From a virus, in the IMG/VR virus record IMGVR_UViG_3300047160_002053, positions 32,001-96,000 of that record: a stretch of DNA of 64,000 nucleotides; one strand, written 5' to 3'. The position numbers were made by a program, and so were the translations under genes. The notes beneath the pieces were generated by a model. That model was not told the DNA's origin. It searched no databases and saw only the letters and a program-made list of their open reading frames with translations. Positions 47,750 to 56,960 of this stretch are shown here, in pieces. Every line of letters starts with the position of its first letter. The stretch's first letter is position 1.

Positions 47750-48117
47750 TTCCTTTTCTCCTTAATATAATTTTTGCATTTTTCTAATTCTGAGTCAATA
47801 AATTTCTTATTATTGAGCAATCTATTGCGCCCAGAAGGATGCGGAAGCTTAAAATGTTGAATATTGAGACGTTCTAGCTCTTTTGACGCCTCATTTCCTA
47901 AAGCTACATAGGTGTGACGACGAATACGTGTCTCATCATCTGCCGCCATAAGCCAAACAGGAATCTGGTTCTTGTTCGCGAGCATTACGAACGTAATGTC
48001 AACGTCCATCTTCCAGATCCAGTCTAAAAGAGTTTTGTAGCTTTGAGTTCCTACGAAAGGAATTACCTGGCTCACGTTCTTTGGGCTAGGTTTATCGCCA
48101 ACAAAAATGGTGTACAT
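47710..48117 (-). CDS. minimal uracil-DNA-glycosylase-superfamily protein
   Basis: 'FVGDKPS', 'PFVG', 'VALGNEA', 'LPHPSGRNR' match UDG motifs A and B. Confidence 0.65.
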   Translation of the reverse strand: MYTIFVGDKPSPKNVSQVIPFVGTQSYKTLLDWIWKMDVDITFVMLANKNQIPVWLMAADDETRIRRHTYVALGNEASKELERLNIQHFKLPHPSGRNRLLNNKKFIDSELEKCKNYIKEKRKCARFVTHIDKVK

Positions 48118-48118
48118 C

Positions 48119-49351
48119 TCAATGCTCGTCCGTGTTCGTGTGATCGGCGAGATAGTCTTCTGATACCCATTTCAAAGCTTGTTTGTTGCCTTCGATGCTG
48201 TAATTCTGCGCAGCTTTAATGGCGATACCTTCGCGGACTTTCTCCGATTTGTCATTGAACATCGAAGCGCCCTTAGTCAAATGATAAGCCATGTCCTTGT
48301 TGAAAGGACCTTTGTAAAGAACTGGAACATATTCAAATCCACGCTCTTTAGCGAAAGCTTCTACGTCATCGGGAGTAAGCCATTCTTGAGTTCCATCTGG
48401 AAGAATACGCTTTACGTCAAAAAGAATAAATTTGTGTTCGGTTAATCCGTATGAATAACCCTTTTGGATACCAGGACCTACGATCTCACCGAAAACGCTC
48501 TCGCCAAGCTTCAACTTATTGAAAACGTCGAGTTTCTTGAATACATTGCCCCAAACATCTTCGCTGTAAAATCCAGGACCTTTCACTGCAGATTTATCGA
48601 CCAAGTTAGAGCCGTAACACTGCTCAACTTTAGGAGCAATGCGAAGCAAAAGCTTGATTCGTTTCATCAAAGTAGTTGGACGGAACGGAAGAAGTGCTGC
48701 GCGAGCGTTGGTACCGTGGAGTTTCTCTTGGATAACAACCTGCTGACCTTCTTTGAACATATTAGGAAACCATTTAATATTTCCCAATCCGTTGTAGCGA
48801 TGAAAAAGAGGATGCGGATTTTTCGCATTTCGGCTCTTAGGCATTCCAGTATTTACGCGAGCTTCTTTAACAGGCGGCTCGTATTTCGTAACGTTCAAAA
48901 TCTTACGAAGATCTTGTTCATCAGAGAAATAGTCTGGATTAACAATTGATTTAACCGTCTGAGGGTCAACGATCATACCTTGAGAAGCCAATCCACGAAT
49001 CTTGATCTGGCGCACACGATGATGATGCAGCTTGATTTTAGAATCAGGTGGAATCAAAAGATCTTCTAAATCTGGATTCAAAACAGAATCAATAGGAATG
49101 TAGATGACTTTATCGCCGATCTTGTATTTACCTTTCTGGGTAATTACTTGGAAGCCATAAATAGTGGCAACTTCAAGGCGTTCAGCGTTATTATGCGGCT
49201 GAATGTCCAAAATCTTTGTGTAAGGAACTTTATAGCCGGAGCCGCTTTCTTCTTCTGCGACTTCAACCACTTCTGGATTTCCAGAAGGAATCAAATTCTC
49301 TTGATAAGAGCTAGGAACCGATTTAAAAAGGTTTTTTACCATCTCAAGCAT
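48119..49351 (-). CDS. ATP-dependent RNA ligase (DRB0094/Rnl5-like, N-terminal OB domain)
   Basis: N-term 'I..H.NAERLEVA...G.QVI..KG.Y..GD..IYIPIDS'; motif I EKLHGTN, FGEIVG, FDV, VPVL, REG, K.VS..YL. Confidence 0.9.
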   Translation of the reverse strand: MLEMVKNLFKSVPSSYQENLIPSGNPEVVEVAEEESGSGYKVPYTKILDIQPHNNAERLEVATIYGFQVITQKGKYKIGDKVIYIPIDSVLNPDLEDLLIPPDSKIKLHHHRVRQIKIRGLASQGMIVDPQTVKSIVNPDYFSDEQDLRKILNVTKYEPPVKEARVNTGMPKSRNAKNPHPLFHRYNGLGNIKWFPNMFKEGQQVVIQEKLHGTNARAALLPFRPTTLMKRIKLLLRIAPKVEQCYGSNLVDKSAVKGPGFYSEDVWGNVFKKLDVFNKLKLGESVFGEIVGPGIQKGYSYGLTEHKFILFDVKRILPDGTQEWLTPDDVEAFAKERGFEYVPVLYKGPFNKDMAYHLTKGASMFNDKSEKVREGIAIKAAQNYSIEGNKQALKWVSEDYLADHTNTDEH

Positions 49352-50235
49352 TAGAAATCTCCTTCATCACATTGTAGGCAGGTGAATCCGCGACTGCGCC
49401 ACATTTCCACTACCTGTTTCCTATCATCAATCATAAACTGGGGCTCATACCTTGTCAACAATTCAAAATCCAAGATAATTTCTTTTACGATTGAATCTTG
49501 TCTCGAATCGTGACGATTTCGCATGTAAAGATCGTAGTCGTCTTTTTCATACCATCCAATTTTATCTGCAATCCAGTCCTTAGTGATCTTACGTTGATTA
49601 TCATCTCTGCCAGAGCAGAACACGAGCTTGAACCTTGGGATCAATCCATCAATGACATCGACGCACCACTGATTGACAGTATCGTCTTTAATGCCAGCGA
49701 AGAACGCAGGCCAGTTTTTCTTGCTACCGTCAGTAGGGCGAACAAAATGACGGCGGTGTTCTACGTTACAAAGAGTCCCATCCAAATCAACGATGATCGC
49801 TTTTGGCTTTGGGCCGTCTGGATAAATGAAATTAAGACGACCTTCATCTATAGTAGGACGTTCATATTTAGTGAAAAAAGTCTGAAGCGCGCCTCGGGCC
49901 GACTTCTCATCGTTGATAGTCTCATGATTGCCGAAACGATTACGGACGCGCTCTAGGCAAACTTCATAAGGCTGATGAAGAACAATGATTTCTACATTAA
50001 CTTCGGGGTTCTTAAATTTTGCGTAATCAATGTACTTTGCTCGCTGTTGCTTATTGAAGTTCATGCGATCAACGATAATATCTTTTCCAGACATGACTGC
50101 CTCAAAGAAAATATCCATATGAGCGCCTGATTGCGAATCCTGGTTCACATATATCGCGCCAGTTTCGGCGACAAGCTGACGAGCTTTAGTAGACTTACCA
50201 GATCCAGGAGGACCAACCAAAAGTGTGAGTTTCAT
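49351..50235 (-). CDS. pseT: polynucleotide 5'-kinase / 3'-phosphatase (T4 PseT-like)
   Basis: P-loop GPPGSGKST fused to HAD DLDGTL ... SGR ... DDRKQVV.MWR..G..C.Q. Confidence 0.9.
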   Translation of the reverse strand: MKLTLLVGPPGSGKSTKARQLVAETGAIYVNQDSQSGAHMDIFFEAVMSGKDIIVDRMNFNKQQRAKYIDYAKFKNPEVNVEIIVLHQPYEVCLERVRNRFGNHETINDEKSARGALQTFFTKYERPTIDEGRLNFIYPDGPKPKAIIVDLDGTLCNVEHRRHFVRPTDGSKKNWPAFFAGIKDDTVNQWCVDVIDGLIPRFKLVFCSGRDDNQRKITKDWIADKIGWYEKDDYDLYMRNRHDSRQDSIVKEIILDFELLTRYEPQFMIDDRKQVVEMWRSRGFTCLQCDEGDF

Positions 50236-50474
50236 ACTTCTTCTTCCGTAGCCTTTCTAAAATCTTCAGGGTGGAGCATTGTAGTTATCTTACCATCGTA
50301 ATCGGTGACAATGCAATGGCCAACTGCTGGATGGTGTTCGGCCAAGAAATGAACGATGTCGCCGTATTTTAAAGGATGTCCAGGCCATACTTCGGCACCC
50401 TTTTTCTTGCTTTTGGACCATTTTGGTTCAAAAACTATGGCATCACCTGCTTTAAATTTAGCGCGTCGCTTCAT
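50232..50474 (-). CDS. hypothetical SH3-like protein
   Basis: ATGA-coupled on both sides. Confidence 0.65.
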   Translation of the reverse strand: MKRRAKFKAGDAIVFEPKWSKSKKKGAEVWPGHPLKYGDIVHFLAEHHPAVGHCIVTDYDGKITTMLHPEDFRKATEEEV

Positions 50475-51355
50475 ACTTTCTCCACCAATTTTTGGATTTG
50501 ACGTAAGATTCCTTTGTAATGGTCTTCCGTTTGGATCGCACCTTCAAGAGACCCGTAATACTCCTCCAAACACTCAAGGAGGATCTTTTTGACCGCTGGC
50601 TGATCTGGGCGATGGCGCAACTTAGAATTGGCGTAGACCTCATCTAAACGCTTTTCCTGCGCATGGAAATGATCTTGAACCTGCTTCATTGTCCATCCAC
50701 CACGGCGAATCTCTTTCAATTGCTCATGATTACGTTGAAGATCAATGTCATGTTCAGTTAAGATCTGTTCTGCCTCATTCAAAAGACGAACTACATGGTA
50801 CGCGAACTTAACGTCATATCCGTGCTCTTGAATGCTCGCATAGCGCTTTGACGAAGGATCTGGATTCTTAATTTCCATCTTATGCATTTGCGAATATGCG
50901 TAGCCACGGAAGGTGTGCCATGAGCCTTTGTGCAAGAAAATCTTACGATTGTCGCGAACATGATTAGCAATTTTCGTAGCCTGCAATACGCAGTTTTGCG
51001 GAGTAAAAAGAGAATCAATCATGTTAGGGTTATTGCCCATAACAAGCTGAAAGTATTTAACAATGTTATAGATATTAAGATCGTACTCCTTACGAGTATC
51101 TTTCTCAATTACGTGGTGCTGTTGGAATTGTTCAAATCTTTGAATCTGATCGCCAAAGCCGTGGATTTCTCCAGCAAGATGCGGAAACACCATATCTTTT
51201 GGTGGAATGCAAAATCCATAAAGATCCATGTCGCTAGTGTCAGAAGATACTGCGTATGCGACAGATCCCATGATCGTCAAATATTGAGTGCCGCCGATAA
51301 CAAATGAAGGTGGCTTGATCAAACCTTTACTGTGGAGTCTTTCAATTAAAGTCAT
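50471..51355 (-). CDS. Pol-beta-superfamily nucleotidyltransferase (RlaP/YcgL-like)
   Basis: GSVAY...SDMD catalytic motif, 'NNPNMIDSLF', 'GYA.SQ', 'YD.KFA.H.VRL'. Confidence 0.85.
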   Translation of the reverse strand: MTLIERLHSKGLIKPPSFVIGGTQYLTIMGSVAYAVSSDTSDMDLYGFCIPPKDMVFPHLAGEIHGFGDQIQRFEQFQQHHVIEKDTRKEYDLNIYNIVKYFQLVMGNNPNMIDSLFTPQNCVLQATKIANHVRDNRKIFLHKGSWHTFRGYAYSQMHKMEIKNPDPSSKRYASIQEHGYDVKFAYHVVRLLNEAEQILTEHDIDLQRNHEQLKEIRRGGWTMKQVQDHFHAQEKRLDEVYANSKLRHRPDQPAVKKILLECLEEYYGSLEGAIQTEDHYKGILRQIQKLVEKV

Positions 51356-51549
51356 TCTATCTCTCTTTCGTATTCCGCGAACCATACGAATCCGAAGCTC
51401 GCGATTGCCATTGTAATGGCTATACTTGCTTCTTCAAGACTATCACCAACTGAGCGGTGAAGCAAGCTTCCTGCTGCAGCTCCTAAGAATACACCTATGA
51501 CGCGGGACAGCGATCCCCAGAAAGACCTTTTAAGTGCCTTCTTGTCCAC
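51352..51549 (-). CDS. two-TM small membrane protein
   Basis: GTG 51549; two hydrophobic helices. Confidence 0.5.
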   Translation of the reverse strand: MDKKALKRSFWGSLSRVIGVFLGAAAGSLLHRSVGDSLEEASIAITMAIASFGFVWFAEYEREIE

Positions 51550-52132
51550 CTTCGGACGCAGCTTTCTTTTGGCGTGCTTCTTCTTCAGCTTCTTTAAGGA
51601 GCTTTTTATATTTTGAAGAAAGCTTGTGAATCGCTTCTTTAAGGTGTTTAGTTTGGAAGCCGCCGCCTTCCCATTCCGTTTGGATGAACCTGTTTTTCCC
51701 GTGGACATCTATAATTCCCCAATCGTTATCGTCGATAACAATGTAATGATCAACTTCTGGATGTGCATTAAGCCAAAGCTGAATCTCCAAGCCTCGATTC
51801 CCGCCCCAATCAGATGGAGTGCGATCAATGACCCGTTTTGAATCAATTTTATACGATGCCAGTTTTTCTCTCAACCAGTCAAGAGAAAAATGTTCCCGCC
51901 AAGTGGAAGAAATCACGATCTTGGCTTCTGGATACTGGAATAAAAGTTCTTGAAAATTTGCGGTACAAACATTGCAGAGCGTTTCCATCACTGGACCGCT
52001 AACGCCCTGTTCTTTGTAACGTTTACGACGATTGTGCTCATAAACAAAAGACCCTTCGGAGTTCAAAACTCCATCAAAGTCCAAGAAAATTACAGCATAA
52101 GACTTTTGAGGTGCTTCACTATTAGAATCCAT
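51530..52132 (-). CDS. HAD phosphatase, 'Swiss Army Knife' RNA-repair-like family
   Basis: IFLDFDGVLN, IVISSTWR, RG.EI..WL..HP, YIVIDD. Confidence 0.85.
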   Translation of the reverse strand: MDSNSEAPQKSYAVIFLDFDGVLNSEGSFVYEHNRRKRYKEQGVSGPVMETLCNVCTANFQELLFQYPEAKIVISSTWREHFSLDWLREKLASYKIDSKRVIDRTPSDWGGNRGLEIQLWLNAHPEVDHYIVIDDNDWGIIDVHGKNRFIQTEWEGGGFQTKHLKEAIHKLSSKYKKLLKEAEEEARQKKAASEGGQEGT

Positions 52133-52539
52133 GAGTTCTCCGGATTGTGTACGTCGAAATGAATAAACTGGCCACCATTGGCCTCAAATTTAGTTTTCCA
52201 TTTCTCTGCGTTGTCGTCAATCAAAAAATCGCCTTTGAATAGGCCCTTGTCCTGTGTCAGATTGATTTTATTGATCAAGTCTGGGAAATACTTACCTATC
52301 CATTCTACTTTTTCTTGATACGAATGAGCGCTTTCGGCGACAGGCTGACTTAAAATATGAACATCGTATCCCATTCGCATAATTTGTCGAACGGCGACCT
52401 GTGCGCCAGCGATGGGCTTAAGATTAAGAAAAAATCCAGGTTCGTACATAAGGGATACGTCGAACCCGCTTTTGAAAACTTCAGCGCCTAGAAAATCGGC
52501 GATGGTGTCGTCAAGATCTATGTATACGATTTTCTTCAT
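52090..52539 (-). CDS. 5'(3')-deoxyribonucleotidase (NT5C-like HAD)
   Basis: DLDDTIADF, 'GFF.NL.PI.GA', 'EK.EWI..YFP', 'GDFLIDD'. Confidence 0.85.
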   Translation of the reverse strand: MKKIVYIDLDDTIADFLGAEVFKSGFDVSLMYEPGFFLNLKPIAGAQVAVRQIMRMGYDVHILSQPVAESAHSYQEKVEWIGKYFPDLINKINLTQDKGLFKGDFLIDDNAEKWKTKFEANGGQFIHFDVHNPENSWILIVKHLKSLML

Positions 52540-52987
52540 TCTTCCATCCGTTTTTGTTATTTAGACTCTTATTGAAATAATATAAAATCTCCATTTCTGC
52601 TGAAATTTCATTTGGTCTATGGCCAACATAGCTTGCTGTAAGTTCTCTCAATTTTAATAAATTTAATGCTTGTTTCTTTTTAAGAATTAAAAAAGGTAGT
52701 ACGTCTCTGATTATCTTTTCTGTTGCTACTCCAGTAGAAGAATATTTCAAATAATCAGCCGTGGCGGGGAAAGAACGAAGTTTATTGGTAGATTTACATG
52801 CTGCCCAGCTGCCGCCATACTGATGCACAAGCTGATTCATAAAATCAATAGAAATATCAGATTTCTTCCATGAAAGCTGTATCATCGCTGTATAATTTTT
52901 AAGTGGGCGATTGACATGTCTTTTCGCAATCGAAAAAGATCCGTCTGAATCAAGAACGCCAGCTAAATAGGCATAGTTAATACTCAT
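52511..52987 (-). CDS. free-standing LAGLIDADG homing endonuclease (single motif)
   Basis: YLAGVLDSDGSF motif, 'PFLILKKKQA'; visibly more AT-rich than its neighbours. Confidence 0.9.
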   Translation of the reverse strand: MSINYAYLAGVLDSDGSFSIAKRHVNRPLKNYTAMIQLSWKKSDISIDFMNQLVHQYGGSWAACKSTNKLRSFPATADYLKYSSTGVATEKIIRDVLPFLILKKKQALNLLKLRELTASYVGHRPNEISAEMEILYYFNKSLNNKNGWKNEENRIHRS

Positions 52988-53007
52988 AAACCCTCCTGCA
53001 CTGTCTT

Positions 53008-53036
53008 ATATTACCAAAACAGTCGGCTTTACGCAA
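53008..53036 (-). promoter_or_regulatory. sigma70-type promoter of the LAGLIDADG gene
   Basis: TTGCGT-17-TAATAT followed by AGGAGG RBS. Confidence 0.6.
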
Positions 53037-53039
53037 GAA

Positions 53040-54734
53040 CTATCCTTCACAGGCGGCACATTCGTCTTTCGACCTGGAAGCCAAATCACCACGAATGACG
53101 CCTTCAGTCCTGAAGTAATACAAGGACTTCAATCCGCTTTCCCAGGCCTCGACATGAACGCCGTGGATATATTTAGGATCAGCATTTGCGCCGAAGAACA
53201 GGTTTACCGATTGACCTTGATCAATATATTTTTGACGCTGTGCGGCCTGTTTCACGATGGCATATTGGTTGATTTCACGAGCGGTCAAGAAAACTTCTTT
53301 AGCTTTCGCGTCAAGAAATTTTAGATGCTGAACGCTTCCTGATTGTTCGTTGATTGACTTCCAGACCTCTGGCGTATTATGGCCAATAGAAGTGAGGTAG
53401 TCTTCGAGAACCGAATTCGTGCGAATGAAAGTGCCCTTAGCAGATTTCTGAGAGAAAATATTCGCTGCTACAGGTTCAATTCCAGCACTATGGCCCCCAG
53501 AAATAGTGGAATTTGAAACAGTGGGCGCAACAGCCATTAAATGGGTATGGCGACGACCATATCCTTTACACCATTCAGGTTCGCCAAGCTCAATAGCCAT
53601 CGCAGCTGACTCTGCTTCTGCTTTGGTACGCATGTTGCGAAAGATCTGAGAATTTAACATCATTGCGTCGAAGCTATCAAAAGGAATCATATTTTTCTGT
53701 AGAAGCGTATGCCAACCAAGGACGCCGAGACCAATTGCGCGGCCTTTAATCGCGGAACGACGAGAAGCTTCAAGGCCAGGGACCGATTCCGACTTTTTGA
53801 TGTATTCTTCAATAACCGCATCTAGAAAACGAACAGCTACCGCAATCGCGTCTGTATCTTTCCATTCTTCCCATTTGACTAAATTCATAGAAGAAAGACA
53901 GCAAACAAAGCTGTGATCAGGATCGGTGTAAAGAAAGATTTCGGTGCAAATATTGGACGTGCGGACACTTAGTCCATTTGCCGTATAGCATTCTGGATTT
54001 TGACGATTTACATTGTCAGAAAAGAAAAGATATGGCTCGCCAGTTTCATAGCGTGCTTTTAGAATTTCTTGCCACAAAGATCGCTTGTCCTTGTCTCCGT
54101 CGAGCATCTCGCGCATCCATTGATCATCAATGCAGATGCCGTGATTGAGATTGAGGCATCGTCTGTTAACGTCGCCTGTTGGTCTTCGCATTTGAATGAA
54201 TTCTTCAATGTCTGCATGGCGAATATCCGTATAAACAGCCGCAGCTCCTCTGCGGACATTTGCTTGAGAGACGGAGATGATGGTGGAATCGTAAACCTTG
54301 GCCCAAGGAATGATCCCCTCAGATCTTCCATTTCCTCTGATGGATGCACCCCGACCACGCACGTCGCCCAGGAATATTCCAACTCCTGCTCCGTTCTTTG
54401 AGAGCATCGCAAGCTCGTGGCTTTTATCGAAGATAGAATCCACGGAATCTCCGACGTGAATACTGTTACAAGAAATAGGAAGGCCACGGTCAGAGCCAAG
54501 ATTGGAGAGAACTGGCGATGCCGGACATAGCCAATTTTTCCACATGACTTCATAGAATTTTTCCTCCCATTTCGCACTATCAGGATAATACGAAGCAGCA
54601 GCCTTTGCAACACGACGATACATGGCACGGGGAGTCTCGTCACCAATAAGATATCCGCCGCGTAGCGTTTTGAGACCTTCTTCTCCCATCCATTCGGGAG
54701 CTTCGCCTTTACTTTTCAACTCGTTTAGCAACAT
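53040..54734 (-). CDS. nrdA: ribonucleotide reductase class I alpha subunit (no ATP cone)
   Basis: ISCNS, SNICTEI thiyl Cys, VCCLSS, APTVS, SLYYFR, C-terminal CAACEG; true ATG at 54734 (GGAG RBS). Confidence 0.95.
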   Translation of the reverse strand: MLLNELKSKGEAPEWMGEEGLKTLRGGYLIGDETPRAMYRRVAKAAASYYPDSAKWEEKFYEVMWKNWLCPASPVLSNLGSDRGLPISCNSIHVGDSVDSIFDKSHELAMLSKNGAGVGIFLGDVRGRGASIRGNGRSEGIIPWAKVYDSTIISVSQANVRRGAAAVYTDIRHADIEEFIQMRRPTGDVNRRCLNLNHGICIDDQWMREMLDGDKDKRSLWQEILKARYETGEPYLFFSDNVNRQNPECYTANGLSVRTSNICTEIFLYTDPDHSFVCCLSSMNLVKWEEWKDTDAIAVAVRFLDAVIEEYIKKSESVPGLEASRRSAIKGRAIGLGVLGWHTLLQKNMIPFDSFDAMMLNSQIFRNMRTKAEAESAAMAIELGEPEWCKGYGRRHTHLMAVAPTVSNSTISGGHSAGIEPVAANIFSQKSAKGTFIRTNSVLEDYLTSIGHNTPEVWKSINEQSGSVQHLKFLDAKAKEVFLTAREINQYAIVKQAAQRQKYIDQGQSVNLFFGANADPKYIHGVHVEAWESGLKSLYYFRTEGVIRGDLASRSKDECAACEG

Positions 54735-54876
54735 AAATATCTCCGTGTTTGTCTTGACATTTTCCGCATTCGTAGCATCCAACCATTTTATTGCCGCCTG
54801 TAGTCCAGATGGTCATTGGTCGGTGGAGATTTATCAGGCAATGAATTTGCCATTTTATCCAGTATAAAGTCAACAT
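54709..54876 (-). CDS. small zinc-binding protein (55 aa, not in ORF track)
   Basis: MLTLYWIKWQIHCLINLH...CYECGKC... between nrdB and nrdA. Confidence 0.55.
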   Translation of the reverse strand: MLTLYWIKWQIHCLINLHRPMTIWTTGGNKMVGCYECGKCQDKHGDIYVAKRVEK

Positions 54877-54877
54877 G

Positions 54878-55837
54878 TTAATCCCAAATTTTTGTGAAAT
54901 CGACCGAGCCCTTCGAGTAATCTGTTACGCGCTGAGCAAAAAAATCCGCGTGAGATACGCCTGCCGACATAACATCGAACCAAGACATACGTGACAGGGA
55001 TTCCTTGTCGATATTTTTCCAGTTACTTTTAAGACCTAGATCTTGCAACTTTGTATTCGCACGATGACGAATAAATGCTTTTAGATCGGCGGGATCTAAC
55101 CCTTCGATAGGACCAAGCTCAAAAGCCTTGTCAATGAAAGCATCTTCCAATGCAACAGTATGACGAGCAGCTTCATAAATGTCCTTTTTAAGATCATCAG
55201 TCCAAATATCTGGAAATTCCTGAATTAGTGTACGAAATAGCCAGCATCCAGCTTCAGAATGCAACGATTCATCTTTGATGGAAAACGCAATGATCTGGCC
55301 TAAACCTTTCATTTTATTGAAACGACTGAAATTGAGCAAAACGGCAAATGAACTGAAGAGATTCACGCCTTCATTGAAAGCCGAAAAGATAGCCAAGGAA
55401 CGAGCGATCTCTTCCTTAGATTTTCCCTTCGTTTCAATGAGTCGATCAATCTTTGCTTTTGCTGTAGGCTCATGTAAAAAAGCCGAAAAGTCTTCCAAGC
55501 CTAGAGATTGATTCAAATACGCATACGAAACGGCATGAATAGACTCAAACGCCGAAAAGGTAGCTGCCATCATTTGAATTTCAGGCTTTTTGAACCACTT
55601 AGCCACCATTTGGGACCAGTATTCTTGGATGAACACTTCGGATTGTGTAAATCCTTTAAGGATATGCCCGATAACGTTCTTCTCTGCCTCTGATAAATTC
55701 AATTTCCAGTCATTGATGTCTCCGGCCATTGCGATTTCGGTATGAAGCCAGTGACTTTGTTGCTGTAATTCCCAATATTTATATGCTTGATCGTATTCAA
55801 ACGGAGCATACGTTGCCCTAGGCGTCAGAAGACTCAT
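54878..55837 (-). CDS. nrdB: ribonucleotide reductase class I beta subunit
   Basis: PFEY, W...EI, FTQSE, ESIHAVSY (radical Tyr), EGVNLFSSF, DESLH, DFF..RVTDY. Confidence 0.95.
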   Translation of the reverse strand: MSLLTPRATYAPFEYDQAYKYWELQQQSHWLHTEIAMAGDINDWKLNLSEAEKNVIGHILKGFTQSEVFIQEYWSQMVAKWFKKPEIQMMAATFSAFESIHAVSYAYLNQSLGLEDFSAFLHEPTAKAKIDRLIETKGKSKEEIARSLAIFSAFNEGVNLFSSFAVLLNFSRFNKMKGLGQIIAFSIKDESLHSEAGCWLFRTLIQEFPDIWTDDLKKDIYEAARHTVALEDAFIDKAFELGPIEGLDPADLKAFIRHRANTKLQDLGLKSNWKNIDKESLSRMSWFDVMSAGVSHADFFAQRVTDYSKGSVDFTKIWD

Positions 55838-55861
55838 CCAATGCTCCCCTTTCTCTGATGT

Positions 55862-56164
55862 TTACTGATCAGCGTCTACGATTTCTTTAACTTTTACTTT
55901 GAATTCTGCTGCTTTTTGCTTGTTTACCTGTCCCATCATGTGCAATAACGTAATGTTCACGACGATAGAGGAAACAATTAGGAGGGCAGTTGAATTGAAA
56001 AAGGTCATGTTGGCCAAAATAAGGATCAAATTCGAGAAAAACATCAGTCCACCGAAATTGACGCCATTAAGAAACATTCCAGTCACAAATTTACGACCAG
56101 CCAGTCTCAAAGCCTTCTGCTGATCCTTACTCAAATCTTCAAATTTTTTAGATGTGACACTCAT
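55862..56164 (-). CDS. membrane protein (2 TM)
   Basis: Hydrophobic core; ATGA coupling. Confidence 0.65.
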   Translation of the reverse strand: MSVTSKKFEDLSKDQQKALRLAGRKFVTGMFLNGVNFGGLMFFSNLILILANMTFFNSTALLIVSSIVVNITLLHMMGQVNKQKAAEFKVKVKEIVDADQ

Positions 56165-56352
56165 CTTCCGCCTCGCGACTCACGGGCCATAATTTTCTCG
56201 ACTACTTCAGGAAGCTTTCTAGGAGACAGTCCTTCCATTTTCATCAACTCGGCGAATCTTACAATCGCCTGTTCTGGGTCTGATATTCCAGTTTTTTCTA
56301 CGATCCATGCAATCTGGCCAAAAGTAAGGCGCATTCTGTGATTATTGCTCAT
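56161..56352 (-). CDS. hypothetical protein (63 aa)
   Basis: TAATG coupling. Confidence 0.6.
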   Translation of the reverse strand: MSNNHRMRLTFGQIAWIVEKTGISDPEQAIVRFAELMKMEGLSPRKLPEVVEKIMARESRGGR

Positions 56353-56705
56353 TATGAATTGGAGTGCATAATCGCACTCACGCCTCTTACTTGAACTGAC
56401 GTTGCATCTCCAGAATCGTTTTTAGATAGAACCGATGCGTCAATTCCATATTCAAAGCGATGCTCGATTGTAGTCAGAGATTCGACCAACGAAACGTCGG
56501 CGAGAAGGACTTCTCCTTCCTGTCTAAGATTCTTGTAGGCACCCACTACGCGCTCGGGACGTTTTTCATAGTTGAGATAAAGCAAACCATCTTTCTGCGG
56601 GATGTCAAATTTACAGTCGGAGGCAATCGACTGGCCGTATCCATTTGGATTTTTCTCAATCTTAAAGACCATTTGGGTCTTCTGTTCGCTCAATTTTGTC
56701 TGCAT
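56352..56705 (-). CDS. hypothetical protein (117 aa)
   Basis: GGAGG RBS. Confidence 0.7.
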   Translation of the reverse strand: MQTKLSEQKTQMVFKIEKNPNGYGQSIASDCKFDIPQKDGLLYLNYEKRPERVVGAYKNLRQEGEVLLADVSLVESLTTIEHRFEYGIDASVLSKNDSGDATSVQVRGVSAIMHSNS

Positions 56706-56726
56706 GGGTCCTCCGGATATTTTATA

Positions 56727-56960
56727 TCATTTCTTTGACTGCGGGGCTTCGGATTTCGGTCCATAAAACACGGGATGGCTTCCGTCGCCATAAGTTTCTA
56801 GGCCAAGCATGTGAGTCTCTGCCCATTGCAGAAAAAGACCGATAACTTCGTGCCGCTGTAGGCCGTGATCAAGCAGCATTTCGAAATAAAGAGGCTCAAG
56901 CTCTGCGGTGATCTTACCTAGAGGCCTGATCTTTTTCTTTTTTCGAGATTTCTTTGCCAT
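56727..56960 (-). CDS. hypothetical protein (77 aa)
   Basis: GGAG RBS; basic N-terminus. Confidence 0.65.
   Translation of the reverse strand: MAKKSRKKKKIRPLGKITAELEPLYFEMLLDHGLQRHEVIGLFLQWAETHMLGLETYGDGSHPVFYGPKSEAPQSKK

Noticed and set aside
52511-53040. Group I intron or intein hosting the LAGLIDADG ORF
   Set aside because: nrdA ends intact (CAACEG-stop), NT5C starts intact, and only 52 bp of non-coding DNA is available, too little for a ribozyme core.
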